Of a stretch of 41,103 bases of DNA, positions 25,659-33,617 are shown piece after piece; within the stretch, counting starts at the first letter, position 1; each line of letters begins with the position of its first letter. The position numbers and the translations under genes were made by a program. The notes beneath the pieces are model-generated. The model was not told where the DNA came from. It searched no databases and saw nothing but the letters and a program-made list of their open reading frames with translations. Source of the stretch: a virus (Duplodnaviria; Caudoviricetes); IMG/VR virus record IMGVR_UViG_3300005286_000179, positions 1 to 41,103 of that record. One strand, 5' to 3'.

Positions 25659-25688
25659 AAAGAAAAACCCGCCTGGGCGGGGCGGGTT
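25659..25688 (-). terminator. Rho-independent terminator
   Basis: AACCCGCC-loop-GGCGGGTTTTTCTTT. Confidence 0.85.
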
Positions 25689-25874
25689 CCTGTGCACTGG
25701 GGCTTAGGCTCTTCTGCCGGTCGGCCCGTGTTGTCGCGGCTTGTGGGTCATGTGCGTTTCTCCGTGCGTTTGTGTGGTGTCTTGCTACCGGTGGGGTTCC
25801 GGTCACTGCATAGGCTCCATGCCTGTTTCCCTACTGCATTCGGGGGTTGGTGGTGACTTGCCCGTCATCGCCCC
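25659..25874 (-). ncRNA. Candidate approx. 215-nt sRNA (GGA-rich) or 15-aa peptide transcript
   Basis: Bounded by promoter TTGCCG-N17-TATGCG (25881-25909) and a terminator; five GGA motifs; no long ORF. Confidence 0.4.
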
Positions 25875-25954
25875 AGCGCCCGCATACCGTCGCATGTTAC
25901 GCGCGGCAAGACAACAGGGTGTCCCCGTTCGGGGACACTCCGTTGAACATCCGT

Positions 25955-26308
25955 TCAGAATTCAAACAGCAGGTTCCCGCCAGTCTTGCGCGGGGTATAG
26001 CCGGCTTCGCGCAGCCACCGCGCCACGTTCAGCGCGTCGGATCGCGTCGCGGGGAACTTGCCCGCCAGCATGAGGAATCGGCCCACGGTGATTCGCTCGC
26101 CGGTTCCTTTCAGGCTTTTCAGCGTGTCATGGAACCATTGCGGCGCCTCTTCTTCCGTCGCCTTGCGCACGCGTCGCGATGCCGGCGAATTCGCGGCCAG
26201 GGCTAGAAAAACGGCGTCTAAACTCACTTTCGATTTCGCGCGCGCGCCTTGCGACGCGTGCAACTCAACGGCCCGCGCGGCCAGCGCCCGAAACTCTTCA
26301 ATGTCCAT
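25955..26308 (-). CDS. Hypothetical protein, probable winged-helix C-terminus
   Basis: ITVGRFLMLAG..PATRSDALNVARWLREAGYTPRKTGG; candidate promoter GTGCGC-N17-TACGAT at 26364-26392. Confidence 0.7.
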   Translation of the reverse strand: MDIEEFRALAARAVELHASQGARAKSKVSLDAVFLALAANSPASRRVRKATEEEAPQWFHDTLKSLKGTGERITVGRFLMLAGKFPATRSDALNVARWLREAGYTPRKTGGNLLFEF

Positions 26309-26394
26309 TAGCTATCCCTATCGACCGATAGACGCGCGGACGGGATGCCCGCGCGGCCTGGGAATCGTAACGCGCGCCGATGTTCGGCGCACGT

Positions 26395-26622
26395 TTACCG
26401 TTCGGCTCTCGGGGCGGGTTCCTGGAACCGCTCGGCGGCCTCGATAATGGCGCGGAAGATGCAACCGGATGCGCTGCTGCCGTATTGGTTGCGCTGTAGC
26501 ACGTCCAGCGCGGCGGCGGCGTCCGGCGGCATCACGCCGCCTGGCATGCGCCGGCCACCGGCTGCGATTTTGCGGGCCTCGCTGTCGCGGGCGCGCGCTG
26601 CTTGCGATTTGCGCTCAGTCAT
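26395..26622 (-). CDS. Small RHH-like DNA-binding protein; candidate repressor
   Basis: 75 aa from ATG 26622: basic arm then strand-helix-helix pattern; leaderless promoter with overlapping operator. Confidence 0.6.
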   Translation of the reverse strand: MTERKSQAARARDSEARKIAAGGRRMPGGVMPPDAAAALDVLQRNQYGSSASGCIFRAIIEAAERFQEPAPRAER

Positions 26623-26629
26623 GTCGGCG

Positions 26630-26658
26630 ATGTTACGCGCGGAACGTATCGGCCGCAA
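26630..26658 (-). promoter_or_regulatory. Leaderless promoter with 13/14 operator (26632-26645)
   Basis: TTGCGG-N17-TAACAT-N7-ATG; GTTCCGCGCGTAAC overlaps the -10. Confidence 0.75.
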
Positions 26659-26803
26659 CCTGCAACGCGGCGCGGAACGCGGGGAGCGTGCCGCCCTGGG
26701 CGGCGGCAGCCTGGGACAGCGCGCGCATGGCTGCGCTCGCATAGCTGGCGCGATCCTGGGCACCGCCCTCGCCACCCCTGGCGGATTCGTGCTTGTCGCT
26801 CAT
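26633..26803 (-). CDS. Small hypothetical protein (56 aa; not in ORF track)
   Basis: Manual translation MSDKHESARGGEGGAQDRASYASAAMRALSQAAAAQGGTLPAFRAALQVAADTFRA; GGAG RBS. Confidence 0.5.
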   Translation of the reverse strand: MSDKHESARGGEGGAQDRASYASAAMRALSQAAAAQGGTLPAFRAALQVAADTFRA

Positions 26804-26834
26804 GCTCATCAACTCCGATAGTGAAACCGCGCCC

Positions 26835-27350
26835 TTACAGGCGCGGCGATTTCAGCAGGCCGACAGGCGGCAAATCGTCGCCTTCCGGGTACGTCTCCAC
26901 GAACGCAATCAGCATCAGCAGGTTGCAGATGATGTGCCCCTCATGCCGGCATCCGCTTTCGGCGTCCAGGGCTTCGCCCTGCGCCAGCTTGAACGCGTGC
27001 CGGCCGATGCACGCGACCGGCACGGACCACGCCATGCCCTTCGGCCAGTTCCACGCGGCGTATTTCGCGCGGCCGTAGTCGAACGCGCGCGCTGCATCCG
27101 GCATGAACTCCAACAGCGCGCGCACCGCTGCACGCAACGCGCCCACGTTGCGCGTTTCCTGGAACTCGCCGACGCCCAGCACGGCGGTCACGTAACCCGG
27201 CACCACTGCGCCCCAGTCGCGGCGCGGATCAATCAGCGCATACCCCAGCTCACGCAGCGGCAACAGCGAGAAATCAGGCTTGCCCGCGCAATCGCGCGCG
27301 GCGCTTCCGGGTTCGCTGCTACTCAGGTCGCCAATGTCGGTCTTTCTCAC
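26835..27350 (-). CDS. dATP/dGTP diphosphohydrolase-like protein (DUF5664)
   Basis: GKPDFSLLP, YGRAKYAAWNW.KGM.WS, RH......GE.LD.ESG..H..H..CNLLML. Confidence 0.8.
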   Translation of the reverse strand: MRKTDIGDLSSSEPGSAARDCAGKPDFSLLPLRELGYALIDPRRDWGAVVPGYVTAVLGVGEFQETRNVGALRAAVRALLEFMPDAARAFDYGRAKYAAWNWPKGMAWSVPVACIGRHAFKLAQGEALDAESGCRHEGHIICNLLMLIAFVETYPEGDDLPPVGLLKSPRL

Positions 27351-27691
27351 TTCGTTGCCTCTTCAAACGGATGCGGCGGGGCCGCGATGATGATTTGCCG
27401 GATGCCTGCGGCGTCCGCTGCGCGGGTGCATTCCTCGCATGCGTGCGTGTGGCCTTCCAGGTACAGCACGCCGCCGCACGCGGCATCGCCTGCGGCACGG
27501 ATCGCGTTGACCTCCGCGTGCGCCGTCTGCGCGCACACGACGCGGCACAGCGCGTATCCAACGCCGGACGGGAGCGCGCCGCGCGGGCAAACGGTCTGCG
27601 GGTTCGCGCAATCGTTTTCGCCCACGAATCGCCGCCCATCGGCGGCGATGATCGTTGCGCGCACAAGTTGCTTTGCGCATGGGCCGCGCAT
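27347..27691 (-). CDS. Cytidine/dCMP deaminase-like protein
   Basis: V.A.I.....R..GEN, HAEVNAI, HACEEC zinc motif. Confidence 0.82.
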   Translation of the reverse strand: MRGPCAKQLVRATIIAADGRRFVGENDCANPQTVCPRGALPSGVGYALCRVVCAQTAHAEVNAIRAAGDAACGGVLYLEGHTHACEECTRAADAAGIRQIIIAAPPHPFEEATK

Positions 27692-28836
27692 CAGTCGGCC
27701 CTCATGCTGTCCATGACGTATTCGGCGCTGATACGCAAACGGCCCGTCTCGCCATAGTTGCGGTCGTATGTGATGACCTGGGCGTCACGCGCGGACAGCC
27801 AGCCACCGCGCGATGCGTGCGCGTCGGGCGCCGCCAACGTGCGGTGCTGTTCAATCAGCATAAGCGCCGATTCCTTGGCCGCGACGTGGTGCAGGTGGCC
27901 GGCATGCGCGTACGCGTGCAGCGTGCGCCCGAACGTCTCGCGGAACTTCGCGGCGAACGTCTCGGGCAGCTGCGCAAGGTGTTTCTTGTGCCCGTGATGG
28001 AAGAACACGGCGGTCTTGCCGAACTCGACGCAATAGTACGGATCGGGGCGCATTTCCACGGTCACGCGCGGGTTGTCACGGTACACCTCGGCGCACAGCT
28101 GGCGCAGCCACACGGATGCGCTCATGTCGTGATTGCCTTCGGCCATGATGACGCGCACGCGTTCGTGTTTCGCCAACAGCATTTCAATCACGCGACGCAC
28201 GGCGCGCGTTGCGACCGCCACCAGCTTCGGGAAACGGGTGTCAGCGTCCAGCAGGTGCCGGGACGTGGGCGTTACAGCATCCCATCCGTCCCAGTGCATG
28301 AAGTCGCCCAGCTGCGCGAACACGCCGACAGCGGCAGGCGGGGCGTTCGCAATGGCGATTTCAAACCAGCGGATCAGCATGCGCTCCGCTAGTTCGGTGT
28401 CCCAGTCGGCGCCAGTTTCGGGCGCCCAGGACAGCATGCCCAGGTGATAATCCGTGATGATGTATGTATTCATCAGGTCGGATTTCACGTACGCCGGGCC
28501 TGGGACCAGCGGCACGCGCGGCAAATCCTCGGCCATCGCTTCCAGCATTTCGCGGATCATGGCTTCGGTGCGCGCCGCATCCTGGCGGGCGATCACCCAT
28601 TGGCCGGATGGCTTGCCTTCTTTGTTGTAGTACGTGGAAACGCCCCGCGCGGTGAAACCGTCGGGGACTACGTGAACCATGTCATGCGCGGGCGAGTAGC
28701 CCTGTAGCGCCAGACGCGCGCGGCGCTTGTTCAGCGCGCGAAGCGAAATGCCCAGGGTCCGCGCCGCCGCCGCTACGGACGGCGACGCTTCCAGGGCGGC
28801 GATGATTTCTTCATTCGTGACCTTACGCGCCGGCAT
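27691..28836 (-). CDS. HTH-fused calcineurin-like metallophosphoesterase
   Basis: DYHLG, LGDFMH, GNHD, HHGH, GHLH motifs; N-terminal VAAAARTLGIS HTH. Confidence 0.85.
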   Translation of the reverse strand: MPARKVTNEEIIAALEASPSVAAAARTLGISLRALNKRRARLALQGYSPAHDMVHVVPDGFTARGVSTYYNKEGKPSGQWVIARQDAARTEAMIREMLEAMAEDLPRVPLVPGPAYVKSDLMNTYIITDYHLGMLSWAPETGADWDTELAERMLIRWFEIAIANAPPAAVGVFAQLGDFMHWDGWDAVTPTSRHLLDADTRFPKLVAVATRAVRRVIEMLLAKHERVRVIMAEGNHDMSASVWLRQLCAEVYRDNPRVTVEMRPDPYYCVEFGKTAVFFHHGHKKHLAQLPETFAAKFRETFGRTLHAYAHAGHLHHVAAKESALMLIEQHRTLAAPDAHASRGGWLSARDAQVITYDRNYGETGRLRISAEYVMDSMRAD

Positions 28837-28925
28837 AGTCATCCCCGGCGTACAGGGCAAAAAGGATCGCTTGCGCCAGCAGGTGCAGGCGGTATGTGCG
28901 CGTAGGTCTGCGGTTCGTCATCGTC

Positions 28926-29165
28926 TTATTTCTCAGGTGGTGAACTTGCGCGGCGCCCGTACACGTACGGCGCCCAGGTGCGGCGAGCCTGCCGCGCCCG
29001 TGCGGTCTGCGCGGCGGGGGTACTCATCGCCTCCATCGCCGCACGCGTGTTGCGGCCGGCGGCAAGGTGGCGGCGGATGGTTTGCAGGGACAGCGGGACA
29101 CGCTGCGCAATCTGCGCAACGGTCAACGGCTCGCCCTCAAAGATGTAGATGCGGGGGGCGCTCAC
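28926..29165 (-). CDS. Small HTH protein
   Basis: GTG 29165 overlaps upstream stop; FEGEPLTVAQIAQRVPLSLQTIRRHLAAG. Confidence 0.65.
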   Translation of the reverse strand: MSAPRIYIFEGEPLTVAQIAQRVPLSLQTIRRHLAAGRNTRAAMEAMSTPAAQTARARQARRTWAPYVYGRRASSPPEK

Positions 29166-29398
29166 TCCGCGCCCTCCACGTAGCGCACCGCGCGGCGGCG
29201 CAGGTTCGCCGGTATCGGTGATCCCAGCACGCGCAGATGCGTGAACAGTTCGCGCGCGATGCTGCGCGCTTCGGCTGCGGTGTATTGCAGCCGGGTATGC
29301 TCGGCCCGCGCGTTCGCACGGCCCAGGGCGTAGGCGATGATCCCAACGCCGGCCATCATCGCGACCACGCACAGCACGTCAGCGGTTGCGCCACTCAT
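29162..29398 (-). CDS. Small membrane protein
   Basis: N-terminal TM VLCVVAMMAGVGIIAYALG; coupled by ATGA overlap. Confidence 0.62.
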   Translation of the reverse strand: MSGATADVLCVVAMMAGVGIIAYALGRANARAEHTRLQYTAAEARSIARELFTHLRVLGSPIPANLRRRAVRYVEGAE

Positions 29399-29514
29399 GC
29401 GAACGCCCTCAGTGCGGCCACCAGGGCGGCAACGGCGGCCGCGTCAACGGCCAGGACCAGGACCAGGGCGCGGCCCGTCTCGCGGGCGCGCAGGGATGCG
29501 GGGGCGCGGTTCAT
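29395..29514 (-). CDS. Small hydrophobic protein (39 aa; not in ORF track)
   Basis: MNRAPASLRARETGRALVLVLAVDAAAVAALVAALRAFA; ATGA overlaps on both sides. Confidence 0.62.
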   Translation of the reverse strand: MNRAPASLRARETGRALVLVLAVDAAAVAALVAALRAFA

Positions 29515-29786
29515 GCGGCCACCCACTCGGCTTCCAGCAGGTCGGAAAGCGGCATGCCTTCCAGCAGCGCGGCCAGGGCGTAGGCGGTCAGCTGGCGGCG
29601 CATGGCTTCGCGCTCGGCCAGTTCACGGGCGCGCGCTTTCTCGGCCCGCAGCGCGGCGCGCATCAGCCCTTTCAGGTATTCGGCGGTTGCTTCGGGGTTG
29701 TTCGTGACCACGCGCACGCGGCGCGTGATGGTGACGCCTTCACTGCGCGCCGTGAGGATGTAGTCGTGGGTTGCAAGTCTGGACAT
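29511..29786 (-). CDS. Hypothetical protein
   Basis: First gene after the 29828-29857 promoter. Confidence 0.65.
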   Translation of the reverse strand: MSRLATHDYILTARSEGVTITRRVRVVTNNPEATAEYLKGLMRAALRAEKARARELAEREAMRRQLTAYALAALLEGMPLSDLLEAEWVAA

Positions 29787-29827
29787 GTGCGGATTCCATC
29801 GCCCGCCGGGATGGGGACGTGGGGGCG

Positions 29828-29857
29828 ATTCTAGCGCGCGTTACGCGCGCTCGGCAA
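29828..29857 (-). promoter_or_regulatory. Promoter with partial operator (29840-29849)
   Basis: TTGCCG-N18-TAGAAT containing CGCGCGTAAC. Confidence 0.7.
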
Positions 29858-30125
29858 TAGTGGTGTCCCCGTTGTCCTGCCGGAGCGCGTCCCATATCGC
29901 ACGGATGCGCGCTTCCAGGGTCATGCGCGCTTCCAGGCCGCGCCGTTGCTCGATCCTCAGCAGGTATTCACGGCGCAGGCGACGACTCGGCAGCGCCAGC
30001 ACATGCCGGGCCTCGCATTCCAGGCGCCATGCTTCGCTGCCGCTTTCGACTTCCTGGCCGCCGATCAGGCGAACCATCTTGGGCGCAGGCGCGCCCACGT
30101 TCGTCATGTGTTCGGGCCAGATCAC
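29841..30125 (-). CDS. Conserved phage hypothetical protein; start uncertain
   Basis: SEAWRLECEARHVL.LP...RREYL..IE.RRG pattern; GTGA overlap with primase stop. Confidence 0.7.
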   Translation of the reverse strand: MIWPEHMTNVGAPAPKMVRLIGGQEVESGSEAWRLECEARHVLALPSRRLRREYLLRIEQRRGLEARMTLEARIRAIWDALRQDNGDTTIAERA

Positions 30126-32458
30126 AGCGGACCTTCGGGGCGGCCGCTGCGGAGCATTCCCGGCATCAGCCACACTTTGTTGCGGGCCTTGCCTGCGCGC
30201 TTCACGGTGACGCCGTAACGCTGTTGCACGTACGCGGCCGCGTCGTTCACTTGGATTTGCGTCGGGCGCTCAATGCCGGCGGCCATCGCAATTTCCGTGG
30301 CGCGCATCTGATTCGTCCACAGCGATTGCGGCGCGTCCCAGTCAAACGCGCGGTCGATCATTTCATGCGTGGGCAGGATGCTCTGGAAGTTGGTGTTACT
30401 TCGGGTCAGCGCGTCCTCTTCCTCGCGGGTCAGGAACCACGAATGCCCGGCGTCATAAAGCGCCTTCACTTCGGCCCATACCTGTTGCATGTCCAGGTCG
30501 GACGGACGGCCCAGCGCGCGCGCCTTGATTGACCAGAATCGGCTGTTGCCGGTCTTGTCGCGCAGGTAGGTATCTTCGTTCACGCTCGCGAAAAACACAG
30601 TGCGGCGCGGGTAATACGATTCGCCGCGCGCATACGGTCTGCGCAACTCGTCGCTGCCCTTCGTGATGAACGCTTTTAGTGCGCCCATGTCGGAACGGTT
30701 GAAGGTTCCGTCAATCTCGCCAAGCTCAACAATCCAGTGCGAAACCGCCTGAAAAATGCTGTCCTTATCGTCCAGGCGCAGAATCGTGCCATCCTTGATT
30801 GCGTCAAGCTCGCGCGGCGCCAGCTGCTTCGCCCAATACGTCTTGCCAAGGTTCTGCTTAGAAACGAACGTCAACACACCGCGCGCGCTAACGCCGTTGT
30901 CCTCGTACGCGGCAGCGACCGCAGACACAAGCCATTTCACCATCAGCACATCTTTCAGCTTGCGGCCATCCGCCAACACTTCGCCGCCCTCTTCCTCTTC
31001 CACGGTGGCGCAGAAGTCGGCAAGGCGGCTCTTGCCATCCCAGGGGCGCGAACCGATCCACGTCGCAACCGGGTTGTACGGGTTGCCGCCTGCGACGGTG
31101 CCGACGTTCTCCATAAAACCGGCGGTCGGGATGCGTGCGCGCAACGCCGCATCTTTCAGCATGTTGAGCGCGGTTTCTTGGGCAACGTCTGGCAGCACGA
31201 TATGGCCGGGGATGATTACTTCGGCCCGCTTCTTGATTACGTTGTACCGCAGCACGGCGCCGACACGCCGCGCCAGTTCCGTGAGGTTGCGCGCGGTCGG
31301 AAGCGGCCGCAGGCGCATATCGAAATCAGGGAATGGTGCTTCCTTGTCGAACTCAACAAGGCTATCCGGCTCGGCGTATCCGGCCAGTTGCAGCGCGCGT
31401 GCATCGTTGGAGACGGGCGCGATTTCCTGGCGCGGCGGCGGCGGCATCAGGATTCGCATAACCGCGTCCATACCCTCGCGCTGCTCCAAGTCGTTGAAGT
31501 CGGTGGGCTTGCCGTCAAGGTCGGCGAACTCGGGGTAGAACACGCGCGCGCCGTGGTCGTGGGCAGCGCGGCGCGCGTACGTAACGCCAGGGTTATCAAC
31601 CGGCGTCTTGGTGAACTGGTCATTGTCGGCGGCGATGACGAACATTTGCCCCGGCATCGCCTCGCGCCAGGAAGCGACCACGTGCGGCAGGTTGTACGCA
31701 TCCCAGCACACGACAACAGCGCAGCCGGTCGCGCGGTGTACCGTCTCGGCCGTCGCGTAGCCTTCGGCGAAATACAACGGCCGATCCGCTCGCGGCTCGC
31801 CAATCGTGTAGAAGCAACCGCGCTTGCGCCCGTTCGGCAAGAAATCCTTATCGCGACCCATGCGCTCATCCGCGTGCGGGAAGATCGCTTGAAGCGACGT
31901 GATGCGCCCGCGCGCATCCATGATCGGAATTAGCAGGGTGTTAGGAATCGTGCGCACAACGTCGCCCTGCGCGCGTACCGGCCAGTCGCACACGCGCAGG
32001 CCATGCGAGCGAACGCCCTTGCGTTGCAAGTATGGGTGATCGTCGCCGCGCACCGGGTCGGCCGAATTCCATAGCATGTTCGCGGCCTTCGCCGCTGCAC
32101 CTTCGGCCGCGCGCTGTGCGGCCTCGCGCTGGCGCCTGGATTCCTCCATTCGCGCTTCAATCGCCGCGCGCTCTTCGGCGCTCATTTGCTGCTGATTCCG
32201 CGCGCACCACGTCTGCGTCACGCCAGTTTTCCAGCTGCCGAACTCGCCGGCCGGGATGCCGTCGCCGAAAAGCACATACCAGCCGTTACGCGTTCCCTTC
32301 GGGTCGCCCTCCACGTGGAAGCGCCACGGGCGCGCACCGCCGCCCGTGGTGTCCAATCCGAACTCAATCCCCTGGCCGCGACCGAACACCGGGCGAATGC
32401 CGGCATCGTGCATCGCGCGCAGGAAAGCATCCTTGATTTCGTATTCCGTAAGGTTCAC
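30122..32458 (-). CDS. Primase-helicase (Toprim primase + VapE-type P-loop domain)
   Basis: HPYLQRKG, AEGYATAET, AADND, TDFNDL; WDGKSRL, QNLGKT, IVELGEI, RRPY.R.....PRRTVFFASVN, GNSRFW. Confidence 0.92.
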   Translation of the reverse strand: MNLTEYEIKDAFLRAMHDAGIRPVFGRGQGIEFGLDTTGGGARPWRFHVEGDPKGTRNGWYVLFGDGIPAGEFGSWKTGVTQTWCARNQQQMSAEERAAIEARMEESRRQREAAQRAAEGAAAKAANMLWNSADPVRGDDHPYLQRKGVRSHGLRVCDWPVRAQGDVVRTIPNTLLIPIMDARGRITSLQAIFPHADERMGRDKDFLPNGRKRGCFYTIGEPRADRPLYFAEGYATAETVHRATGCAVVVCWDAYNLPHVVASWREAMPGQMFVIAADNDQFTKTPVDNPGVTYARRAAHDHGARVFYPEFADLDGKPTDFNDLEQREGMDAVMRILMPPPPRQEIAPVSNDARALQLAGYAEPDSLVEFDKEAPFPDFDMRLRPLPTARNLTELARRVGAVLRYNVIKKRAEVIIPGHIVLPDVAQETALNMLKDAALRARIPTAGFMENVGTVAGGNPYNPVATWIGSRPWDGKSRLADFCATVEEEEGGEVLADGRKLKDVLMVKWLVSAVAAAYEDNGVSARGVLTFVSKQNLGKTYWAKQLAPRELDAIKDGTILRLDDKDSIFQAVSHWIVELGEIDGTFNRSDMGALKAFITKGSDELRRPYARGESYYPRRTVFFASVNEDTYLRDKTGNSRFWSIKARALGRPSDLDMQQVWAEVKALYDAGHSWFLTREEEDALTRSNTNFQSILPTHEMIDRAFDWDAPQSLWTNQMRATEIAMAAGIERPTQIQVNDAAAYVQQRYGVTVKRAGKARNKVWLMPGMLRSGRPEGPL

Positions 32459-32655
32459 TGCTGCGACTCTTCCTGCTTCGCCAGCGCATCGGCGAGCGCG
32501 GCCAGTGCGTAGATCGGGATCGGCCTGTCGGTGCTGCTGCGCCAGTTGCGCACGGTCTTTGCGGTGCGCCCGATCAGCGCGCCAGCGGCGCGCGCTGTCA
32601 GTCCATGCGCCACCATCAGCTGATTCAATCGCGCGGTTCTTGCTTTCGCGTCCAT
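32455..32655 (-). CDS. Small XRE-like HTH protein
   Basis: LMVAHGLTARAAGALIGRTAKTVRNWRS; ATG 32655 with AAGGA RBS and TAATG coupling. Confidence 0.72.
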   Translation of the reverse strand: MDAKARTARLNQLMVAHGLTARAAGALIGRTAKTVRNWRSSTDRPIPIYALAALADALAKQEESQQ

Positions 32656-32996
32656 TAGCATTCCTTCGTATGGGTCAGATGCCAGCCGTTGCACCACTCG
32701 CACTGATAGGCGCGCGCAGGTGCGCGCCCCTCGCTGCGCTTGAACGCAATCAGCTGCATCCGCGATTCCGCGTGTTCGCGGCTGTTGTAACGGTCTTTGC
32801 GGCACACGAATTCGCCGTTACGCATTACGTAGCCGTCGATTCGCTTGCCGTACGGGATCAGTAGGCCGGCGGCTTCCTTGCGCACCAGGGCGCGCACGAC
32901 GCGCTTGTAACGGCGCATCGCGCGGCCGCTCGGCTCGCCCTGGCGCGCTTCGTGATCCGCGCGCGCAAGCCGGCGCTTGAACTCGGCCGCCCTCAC
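32655..32996 (-). CDS. Hypothetical zinc-binding protein
   Basis: C.K.RY.S...A ... RAYQCEWCNGWHLT motif. Confidence 0.72.
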   Translation of the reverse strand: MRAAEFKRRLARADHEARQGEPSGRAMRRYKRVVRALVRKEAAGLLIPYGKRIDGYVMRNGEFVCRKDRYNSREHAESRMQLIAFKRSEGRAPARAYQCEWCNGWHLTHTKEC

Positions 32997-33391
32997 CGCT
33001 CGCCCCGGATGATTTCCAGGGCTTCGGCAATCGAACGCGCAAGCCCTGCGCGGCCGCCGTGCCTGCGCACCGCGTCGATAAAATCCCGCTGCGCGTCGCG
33101 TGCGCGACCGGTGGCGTTCTTCACTTCGACGGCGACGAACACGCCGACCGTCTTGCCCACCATGTCGGGCGTGACGGTGACGGGCACCAGCCCGAACAGG
33201 TCGGAAAACCCGGTAGGCAGGCCGGTGCTGAAACGACGCGGTTTGCGCAGGATCACGGAACCATCCGGCAGCGGCTTTTCCGCCACGCCCTGCCAGCCGG
33301 TGCCGACGTTCGCGCGGAACATCAGCGCTTCATCTACGGCGGCGTTTCGGATTTCGTTCTGAATGCCATGCTCGGACTTAGCGGGCTTCAT
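32993..33391 (-). CDS. VRR-NUC domain nuclease (probable resolvase)
   Basis: SEHGIQNEI, FRANVG, GFSDLFG, AVEVK...GR....Q..FI..V...GG.AG.ARS. Confidence 0.9.
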   Translation of the reverse strand: MKPAKSEHGIQNEIRNAAVDEALMFRANVGTGWQGVAEKPLPDGSVILRKPRRFSTGLPTGFSDLFGLVPVTVTPDMVGKTVGVFVAVEVKNATGRARDAQRDFIDAVRRHGGRAGLARSIAEALEIIRGER

Positions 33392-33617
33392 CTGCGGACC
33401 TCTTCAACTGGTGAACGCGATGCTCGGCGTGGGAGTAAACGGCGCACCACACGGCGCGCGCATTGCGCATGCGGGCCTGCCGCTCGGTCAGTCCGGCGGG
33501 CGCGTTCTCGATATGCGCCGCGACAAGCGCATCAATCGCGGCGAACAGATGGGCCTGCGACTCGCCGACAACTGCCGGCGATGACGCGATGGCGGCCAGG
33601 GTGTCGGCGGCGCTCAT
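33378..33617 (-). CDS. Hypothetical protein
   Basis: ATGA coupling to the ParB-like gene. Confidence 0.6.
   Translation of the reverse strand: MSAADTLAAIASSPAVVGESQAHLFAAIDALVAAHIENAPAGLTERQARMRNARAVWCAVYSHAEHRVHQLKRSADEAR

Noticed and set aside
26835-28836. Z-genome or 7-deazaguanine DNA modification pathway
   Set aside because: No PurZ, DpdA, Que enzymes or phage DNA polymerase in the prophage
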